Of a stretch of 64,000 nucleotides of DNA, positions 57,430 through 64,000 are shown in pieces. Origin of the DNA: Vulcanimicrobiota bacterium (lineage in GTDB: Bacteria; Vulcanimicrobiota; Vulcanimicrobiia; Vulcanimicrobiales; Vulcanimicrobiaceae); assembly GCA_963830545.1 (NCBI GenBank), contig CAWHMK010000002.1, positions 25,749 to 89,748 of the forward strand, read 5' to 3'. Each line of letters starts with the position of its first letter. The stretch's first letter is position 1. The translations under genes were made by a program, and so were the position numbers. Below the pieces are notes generated by a model that worked only from the letters and a program-made list of their open reading frames with translations, was not told the origin of the DNA and made no database searches.

Positions 57430-58678
57430 ATGACGAGCGGCGATACCCTCGCAATACTGGTCGGCGGCGGCCCGGCCCCCGGGATCAACGGCGTCATCGC
57501 CGCTGCAACCATCGAAGCCATCCACAGCGGCTTACGCGTCGTCGGCATCTACGACGGCTATTATCACATCGCAAGAGGCGACACGTCGCACGTCGTCGAG
57601 CTCGGCATCGAAGACGTGTCGCGCGCGCACGCATCCGGCGGATCGATCTTGCGTACGTCGCGCACCAATCCGGCGAAAGATGAAACGACGCTGGCACAAT
57701 GCGTTCGCGCCCTCACGAACATCGGCGTGCGTTATCTCATTGCCATCGGCGGCGACGACACGACGTATGGTGCGACGCGTATCGCTCAGCTCGCGCAAGG
57801 GCGCCTCGGCGTTGCGACGGTTCCGAAAACGATCGACAACGATCTCCCGCTTCCCGACGACTCGCCCACGTTCGGCTTCGAAACCGCGCGCTCGGTCGGC
57901 ACGGGCATCGTCGAATGCCTCATGGAAGACAGCCGCACGACCGGGCGTTGGTACTTGGTCGTCAGCATGGGCCGCAAGTCCGGTGCTCTCGCGCTCGGCA
58001 TGTGCAAATCCGCCGGCGCCGAGCTTGCAGTCATCCCGGAGGAGTTTCCCGGCAATGAGATCGACCTCGACGCGGTTGTGGACACGATCGTCGGTTCTAT
58101 CCTCAAACGCAAAGCCGCCGGCAGCAACAACGGCGTGGCGGTGATCGCCGAAGGGATTGCGGAACGCCTTTCCGAGAGGCAGCTCGCGGCGTTCGCAAGC
58201 GTCGCGCGAGACGCGTACGGTCACATCCGCCTTGCCGACATTCCGCTCGGCGCCGTGCTTCGCGATGCCGTTCGCGCGCGACTCGGCGAACTCGGAGTCG
58301 AGACGACGATCGCGACCAAGGACATCGGTTACGAGCTTCGTTGTGCCAAACCGGTTCCGTTCGACCTCGAATACACGCGAACGCTTGGATACGGCGCCGT
58401 CCGGTATCTGCTGGGCGGCGGCAGCGGCGCGCTGATAGCGCTTTCGGGCGGACGCGTCATTCCGGTCCAGCTCGCGGAGTTGCGAGACGCGGCAACAGGA
58501 CGGATACGCGTGCGCATGGTCGACGTGAACGCCGAACCGTATTCCGTCGCTCGAAAATACATGACCCGGCTGGAACCCGACGACTTTCGCGAACCGCGGC
58601 CTGTCGCAAATAGCGGCCTTTACGAACCTGACGGCGGCCGAATTCCGCGAAAGATTCGAAAACGCCATGTTGGTGTGA
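57430..58678 (+). CDS. pfp: Pyrophosphate-dependent phosphofructokinase (frame interrupted near 58586)
   Basis: GGGPAPGINGVI. GGDDT (Asp where ATP-PFK has Gly104) and PKTIDND (Lys at Gly124) form the PPi-type signature. The C-terminus is restored in the +1 frame (..DDF|ANRGLSQIAAFTNLTAAEFRERFENAMLV, stop 58676..58678). Confidence 0.85.
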
Positions 58679-58679
58679 C

Positions 58680-59984
58680 GTGCTCGAAAGATCGGCAGTA
58701 CCGCTTCTTCTTTTCGCGCTCTGGCTGACTGCATGCGGCGGCGGCTCTTCCTCGGCCGCGCCCGGAACGCAACCCTCGATGCCGCCGTCGATATCGCCCA
58801 TATCGCCATCTCCGGGAAACACGGCCCAGCCGCAAAGTTGCACTTCGAACAGCACTCCCGCGCCGACGCCGACACCTGCGGGCCCCTCTGCGCAACCCGC
58901 GTCCGGATTGACCGTTCCTTCCGGCTTTTCCATTCAGATCGTCGGACATGTCGGCGGAGCACGCGAGCTCGCCGCCGCGCCGAATGGAGATCTCTTCGTC
59001 GGCACGACGGGTTCGAGCGTCTACGTCATTCAGAACGCGGAAGGCCAGGCCGCGTACCCGGCTGTTTTCACGAACGTCGGCGATTCGCCCGCGGCCGGCG
59101 TCGCGCTCTCGCTGTCCGCGCCGAATTGTGCGATGTACGTGGGCGCGCAGTTCGGCGTGTATCGCATTCCGTACGTCGTCGGCGACGAGGTTGCGCCGGC
59201 GGCACCAGAAAAAATTGCGAGCGTGCGTCCCGGCGGAAGCGGCGATCATTCGACGACGTCGGTTGCGGTGGCGAACGGCGTGCTCTATGCAAGCGTCGGC
59301 TCGTCCTGCAACGCCTGCAGCGAAACGGATGCGACGCGCGCAACCATTCAGCAGATGCAACTGGACGGCAGCGGAATGACGGCCAAGGCGATTCACATTC
59401 GCAACGCTATCGCGCTCGCCGTGAATCCCGCAACCCAAACGCTCTGGGCAGGCGATGCCGGACAGGATTCGCTGCCGGCGGGCCACCCGTACGAGTTCTT
59501 CGACGCAGTCACGCTGCACTCGGGAACCGCGGATTACGGCTGGCCTGACTGCGAGGAGAACCGGCACGCGTACACGCCCGGCGCGAACTGCAGCAGCACC
59601 GTCGTTCCGATCGTGGAATTTCCCGCGTACGAAACCATCATCGGCGCCGCATTCTACCCGGCGAACCAATCGGGAACGTACGCATTTCCGGCGGCCTATC
59701 GAGGCGGCGCCTTCGTGGCGATGCACGGCTCGTGGCATCAGGACGGCAGCGGAAAATACGTTTCACAACCGCGTGTGGCGTATGTTCCGATGAACGGCGA
59801 GGGGCCCGCGAGTGCGGTGAACTGGAGCGACCCGGCGGCTCAATGGAGCGACTTCGTGAGCGGTTTTCAGCTCCCGGACGGCACGACGAGAATCGGACGG
59901 CCGACCGGCATCGCGATCGGCCCCCGCGGAAGCTTGTTTATCGCGGACGATCAAACGGGAAATATCTACCGCATACGTCCATGA
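58680..59984 (+). CDS. Glucose/sorbosone dehydrogenase-like beta-propeller lipoprotein
   Basis: GTG 58680. Lipobox LWLTAC, Pro/Ser/Thr linker. ARELAAAPNGDLFVG, IRNAIALAVNP, ADYGWPDCE. Confidence 0.75.
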   Translation: MLERSAVPLLLFALWLTACGGGSSSAAPGTQPSMPPSISPISPSPGNTAQPQSCTSNSTPAPTPTPAGPSAQPASGLTVPSGFSIQIVGHVGGARELAAAPNGDLFVGTTGSSVYVIQNAEGQAAYPAVFTNVGDSPAAGVALSLSAPNCAMYVGAQFGVYRIPYVVGDEVAPAAPEKIASVRPGGSGDHSTTSVAVANGVLYASVGSSCNACSETDATRATIQQMQLDGSGMTAKAIHIRNAIALAVNPATQTLWAGDAGQDSLPAGHPYEFFDAVTLHSGTADYGWPDCEENRHAYTPGANCSSTVVPIVEFPAYETIIGAAFYPANQSGTYAFPAAYRGGAFVAMHGSWHQDGSGKYVSQPRVAYVPMNGEGPASAVNWSDPAAQWSDFVSGFQLPDGTTRIGRPTGIAIGPRGSLFIADDQTGNIYRIRP

Positions 59985-61075
59985 TAACTGTTCCGCCCGC
60001 ATTTACCATCGCGCAGATTGCCACCGTCGACGGCGCGCGTGAATTGGCTTTCTCGCCGAACGGCGATCTCTACGTCGGCACGCGGGGAACGCGCATCTTC
60101 GTCGTCCGGCGCGCGGAGAACGCGCGGCCTGACGCGCCCACCGTTTACGTTACCATCGACGACGCGCCCGATGCGGGCGTCGCCTTTTCCGCAGGCGTCC
60201 TCTACGTCGGCACCCAGCACGCAGTCTGGCGCGTGCAGAACGGACGCGCGACGAAACTTGCGTCGGTGCGAAGCGGCAGCCCGCCGCCCGGCAGCGACGG
60301 AGACGTGCACACGACGACGTCGGTTGCCGCAACCGGCGCAGCGGTCTACGCAAGCGTCGGATCTTCGTGCAATGCGTGCGTCGAAACGGACCGGACGCGC
60401 GCAACCGTCGGCAAAGTACAAGACGGGCGGTATCTGCCGATTGCAAGGCGCATTCGAAATGCGATCGCCCTGACGATCGATCCGCAAACGCGCGCGCTCT
60501 GGGTCAGCGATGCCGGGCAGGACGAGCTTCCGCCGGGACATCCGTACGAATTCTTCGACGACTTAACGGCTCAAAGTCTCCCTGCCGACTACGGCTGGCC
60601 GTTCTGCTATGAGAACCGCCGCCACAAACCCGGAACGAACCAGAACTGCACGCATGTTGCGTTACCGCAGATCGTCTTTCCACCGTACGAAACGCCGATA
60701 GGCGCGATCTTCTATCCCACCGGTGCGCGTGGCCGCTATGCTTTTGCGCGGCAGTACGCCGGTGGCGCATTTATCACGCTGCACGGCTCATGGCACGGTC
60801 CGGCGCAGGGTCTTTCCGGTTATCAGCCGCCGCTGGTCGTCTTCGCGCCCATGCGCGACGGAAGGCCCCTGCACTCCATAAATTGGAGCAATCCGGGCAC
60901 GCAGTGGACGCAATTCGTGGGCGGCTTCCAGGCCGGCGGCTCCATCGATCGCCTCGGACGTCCGACGGGAATCGCGGTCGGGCCGGAAGGCGATCTGTTC
61001 GTGAGCGACGACCAGACCGGCGCGATTTACCGTATTCGGCCCAAGCCGGATCCTACGGCTTCAGGCCATCGATGA
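59981..61075 (+). CDS. Glucose/sorbosone dehydrogenase-like beta-propeller, paralogue without signal peptide
   Basis: ATG 59981 overlaps the upstream stop (ATGA). ARELAFSPNGDLYVG, IRNAIALTIDP, ADYGWPFCYE. Confidence 0.75.
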   Translation: MITVPPAFTIAQIATVDGARELAFSPNGDLYVGTRGTRIFVVRRAENARPDAPTVYVTIDDAPDAGVAFSAGVLYVGTQHAVWRVQNGRATKLASVRSGSPPPGSDGDVHTTTSVAATGAAVYASVGSSCNACVETDRTRATVGKVQDGRYLPIARRIRNAIALTIDPQTRALWVSDAGQDELPPGHPYEFFDDLTAQSLPADYGWPFCYENRRHKPGTNQNCTHVALPQIVFPPYETPIGAIFYPTGARGRYAFARQYAGGAFITLHGSWHGPAQGLSGYQPPLVVFAPMRDGRPLHSINWSNPGTQWTQFVGGFQAGGSIDRLGRPTGIAVGPEGDLFVSDDQTGAIYRIRPKPDPTASGHR

Positions 61076-61995
61076 AGCTTTGAGCGCGCGCCATACCGTC
61101 GTTGTCGTTCTGGATTTTGTACTGCCGAAGCGCCTCTCGCGCGTCGTATCGAGACTTCATCCGCTTTCGCGAGTTTATTTTCGATTTGCGCGCGCAGCAG
61201 CAGCGCGTCGGCATCGTGAGGATAAGCCGACATGTAGTCGTCGATTTGCGTGAGCGCCTCCGTATAATGCTGGTCGCCGTACTGCGTCATGCTCAGCCAA
61301 TAGTGCGCGCCCGTGAAATTGCGATCGATGCTCACGGCTTTTCCCAAGTCGGCGGCCGCGTCGTTCAGGTCGCTTTGGCGATACGCGCTTAGCCCACGGT
61401 AGAAATACGCATTTTCCTCGCCTGGAACGAGCGCGATGACCGCGGTGCAGTCTTTGCGCGCGGCGTCGTAGCGGCTCGTTCCGAAGTTAGCGCGGCAGCG
61501 CGCGAGCAGCGCTCGCGGATCGTTCGGATCGATGGCCACGACCTGCCGCGCATCGGCCAAGGCGAGTAGGTATTCTCCGAGGAAAAAGTAGGCTCGCGAA
61601 CGCGCTCGCAAAGCCAGCTCTCGGCTCGTATCCAAACTCAGCGCTTTCGTACAATCGGTTACGGCGCTGTCGTATTGCTCGAGTTCGTTCCGGGTATCGC
61701 ACCGTGTGGCGTACGCATATGCGTAGTCCGGATTCAACTCGATAGCCGCATTGTAATCCAGCAGTGCTGCCGTCGGTGCGCCATTCGAATCCTTCGCGTC
61801 CCCGCGAAGCACGAGCGCCTGGACGTTTTTCGGATCGGTGTGGAGCACCTGGTCGAGAATCTCGATCGCACCTTTGTAGTCGCGCTTGTCGAATAATGCC
61901 TGCGCTTGATCGACGCTCGGCGCGCACATGGCGCGCCCCGCTGCGCATGCGAAAAACGCGGCGAAAACCGCGGCTGCTATCACCCGTCTTTTCAT
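61053..61995 (-). CDS. Secreted TPR-repeat protein (frame interrupted near 61150)
   Basis: ATG 61995 (MKRRVIAAAVFAAFFACAAG signal). Multiple TPR units. The ORF tail after ..KADEVS is Arg-rich nonsense. The +1 frame gives YDAREALRQYKIQNDNDGMARAQSFIDGLKP, stop 61055..61053. Confidence 0.65.
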
Positions 61996-62056
61996 GAGTG
62001 GCCCTTCGCTTGCTTGCGATTGAAGCCCCGCCGCCCGCGGTGGGTACGAACCGCCC

Positions 62057-62245
62057 ATGGCTGAAATATTTGGTAAAGGCGGAGAAACGGTCCCCGTAAG
62101 CGGCTACTACGAATGTTCGGACTGCGGTCATCGCGAGGAGTTCCGCCGCGGCTCGGCCTTCCCGCCGAATCATCATCAGGACAAACCATGGTCGCTCTAT
62201 CAAGCGACCGAAGATCTGCCTGCGCAGCAGTCCGCTAAGGACTGA
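62057..62245 (+). CDS. Hypothetical small protein with a single CxxC
   Basis: 62 aa. MAEIFGKGGETVPVSGYYECSDCGHREEF... Protein-like composition, no family recognised. Confidence 0.45.
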   Translation: MAEIFGKGGETVPVSGYYECSDCGHREEFRRGSAFPPNHHQDKPWSLYQATEDLPAQQSAKD

Positions 62246-62882
62246 TTGCGCGCTCGACCGCGGCGCGGATTTGCGGGTACGCGCGCTGCGCGATCTCGGC
62301 GTAACCGAAATCGTTCGGATGGTAGCCGTCGTCGCACAGGTATTCCATCCCGGCGTAGAGCGGCGCGCTGGTGAATTCGAACATGTCGATGAACCCGTCC
62401 CCACGCACGTTCGCTATTTCGCGCATGCGGTCGTTGAGTCGCGCGCACAGACGCTGAATCGGGGCCTTCAACAAGCGCGGAACGCCAACCGTGCGCGTGA
62501 CGTCGGGCATACCTCCGGCGACGACCTGAGCGCTCGGCGCCGCTGCATGAATCGCAGCGAGTAATCCCCGGAACCGGCGCGTGATGACGAGAACGTCACG
62601 CGTATACCGCAGATCGTTTGCGCCGGCGATTACGAGCACGACGTCCGCGGAAATCCGTCGTAGTTGCGGGACCTGATGGCGCAGGACGTCCGCCATCGTG
62701 GAATGCGGGATCGCGAAATTGAAGAGCGAGCTTGCGGGGCGCTCTTCCCGCAACTGCGAGTGCAGCCGGTGTGCCATGCCCGTCTCGCGAGCGGAGGCGC
62801 CGAGCCCATACGCGAGGCTGTCGCCCAAAACTGCCAGCGCGAGCGGCGCGGGTTCCCTACGTGGCTGCGGATAAGCGTGCAT
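62235..62882 (-). CDS. SGNH/GDSL hydrolase
   Basis: AVLGDSLAYG (block I), IAGANDL, DDGYHPN (DxxH). Start ATG 62882 is preferred over 62981. Confidence 0.7.
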   Translation of the reverse strand: MHAYPQPRREPAPLALAVLGDSLAYGLGASARETGMAHRLHSQLREERPASSLFNFAIPHSTMADVLRHQVPQLRRISADVVLVIAGANDLRYTRDVLVITRRFRGLLAAIHAAAPSAQVVAGGMPDVTRTVGVPRLLKAPIQRLCARLNDRMREIANVRGDGFIDMFEFTSAPLYAGMEYLCDDGYHPNDFGYAEIAQRAYPQIRAAVERAISP

Positions 62883-63013
62883 CGGCGCCTGACTCCCCTT
62901 TACAATATCGTCCCCGCCGGAGCCTCGATTAATCCTAGGACTTTCGACCGGCTCATGCCCGACGATCGGCGGGAACGGCATCTCCGGCGCTGAAGGTTCG
63001 CGCGGAGGGAACG

Positions 63014-63280
63014 ATGCAACACGATGATCGGAAACTAACGCGCGCCGATGTGCTCAAACACATCGTCGTCCTGCCGGCGCTTGCCGGTGCGCTCGCCGCC
63101 GACGCAGCCTCGGTCGCCTTGGCGGCCGACAACAAGAAGCAATTTCACTACCAGGACAAGCCCGCAAAGAACGGCGAGCGGTGCAGCGGGTGCCGCTTGT
63201 TCAAACCGCCGGCCTCGTGCAAAGTCGTGACCGGCACCATAAGCCCCCACGGCTGGTGCGTCGCCTGGACGAAGAAATAA
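63014..63280 (+). CDS. High-potential iron-sulfur protein (HiPIP)
   Basis: 88 aa with N-terminal export-like region. Four-Cys pattern CSGCRLF..SCKVV..HGWCVAW. Confidence 0.85.
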   Translation: MQHDDRKLTRADVLKHIVVLPALAGALAADAASVALAADNKKQFHYQDKPAKNGERCSGCRLFKPPASCKVVTGTISPHGWCVAWTKK

Positions 63281-63303
63281 GCGGCGCGGCGCAGGGCGAA
63301 TGC

Positions 63304-63333
63304 AAAAAGCCCGCGGTCGTTCGACCGCGGGCT
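63304..63333 (-). terminator. rrn operon terminator (hairpin shared with the convergent HiPIP gene)
   Basis: GCCCGCGGT .. ACCGCGGGC stem. On the minus strand it is followed by TTTTTG, 14 nt after the 5S end. On the plus strand the tail is weaker (TCGTTGTATTT). Confidence 0.7.
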
Positions 63334-63346
63334 TCGTTGTATTTAA

Positions 63347-63462
63347 TCTGGCGCCGACCTACTTTCGAGGGACCCTGCGGTCCGACTATCATCGGCGCTG
63401 GCGGGCTTAACTGCCGTGTTCGGGATGGGAACGGGTGGAACCCCGCCGCTATGAGCGCCAGA
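63347..63462 (-). rRNA. rrf: 5S rRNA
   Basis: Minus strand UCUGGCGCUCAUAGCGGCGGGGUUCCACCCGUUCCCAUCCCGAACACGGCAGUUAAGCCCGCCAGCGCCGAUGAUAGU..GGUCGGCGCCAGA. Terminal helix I pairs, and the loop C/E consensus is present. Confidence 0.9.
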
Positions 63463-63555
63463 AACCTGATCCCTCCGTCGCGCCGAGCCGGAGCTCCAGG
63501 CTGCGACGAAGGAAAGCTGCGTAGAGAAGAACTTCCAGTGCCAGACAGAGGAAGC

Positions 63556-63952
<397 letters not shown>

Positions 63953-64000
63953 CGCGTCATTCCACCGTTCCCGATGGCGCAGACTATATCTTCACCTTTC
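63953..64000 (-). ncRNA. 3'-terminal segment of a group I intron interrupting 23S rRNA (continues beyond window)
   Basis: Minus strand GAAAGGUGAAGAUAUAGUCUGCGCCAUCGGGAACGGUGGAAUGACGCG. It contains the group I S element AAGAUAUAGUC, a GNRA-capped hairpin CCAUCG-GGAA-CGGUGG, and a terminal G abutting exon C2501 (E. coli numbering). Confidence 0.65.

Overview
This is a GC-rich, densely coding chromosomal segment from a diderm bacterium; the lineage cannot be assigned from sequence alone. Gene content, left to right:
- A partial MscS channel.
- priA appended to a shikimate operon (aroC-aroK-aroB-priA, minus strand).
- An HxlR regulator divergent from a block of YceI, an extradiol dioxygenase and a formaldehyde-dehydrogenase-like ADH.
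- A TetR regulator with an MFS pump, then a TrxR-like flavoprotein and a DJ-1/PfpI protein.
- A 10.7-kb, 13-gene, almost gap-free type IVa pilus operon (pilB-pilT-pilC-sigma-pilin-ccdA-TPR-peptidase-pilM-N-O-P-Q, 12815..23524, minus).
- A lipid-phosphate block: DAG-kinase-like, PAP2, PQQ-type propeller, phospholipase-C-like phosphoesterase and YihY.
- ftsA-ftsZ, separated from ftsQ by an opposite-strand insert (membrane protein, MCP, small secreted protein).
- dnaE-hisZ-hisG-hisD-HAD-ftsQ.
- A GAF-GGDEF cyclase followed by two unknown helical paralogues.
- A non-classical, CCG-domain (type E-like) succinate dehydrogenase, sdhA-sdhB-sdhE.
- An aldehyde dehydrogenase, several small-enzyme genes, ATP-PEPCK, a PPi-type phosphofructokinase, two tandem glucose/sorbosone-dehydrogenase-like propellers and a HiPIP.
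- The 3' end of an rRNA operon (23S-5S, minus strand).

The three most notable observations:
1. The 23S gene is interrupted at the site equivalent to E. coli U2500/C2501. The replacing sequence reads as the 3' end of a group I intron and continues past the window edge.
2. The pilus operon carries an embedded, translationally coupled group-3 sigma factor and a CcdA/DsbD-type thiol-disulfide transporter.
3. Eight otherwise intact genes, including dnaE and sdhA, each need one frame correction, and always in the +1 direction. This looks like systematic insertion error in the assembly rather than gene decay.

No CRISPR array, transposase, integrase, prophage or tRNA gene was seen.
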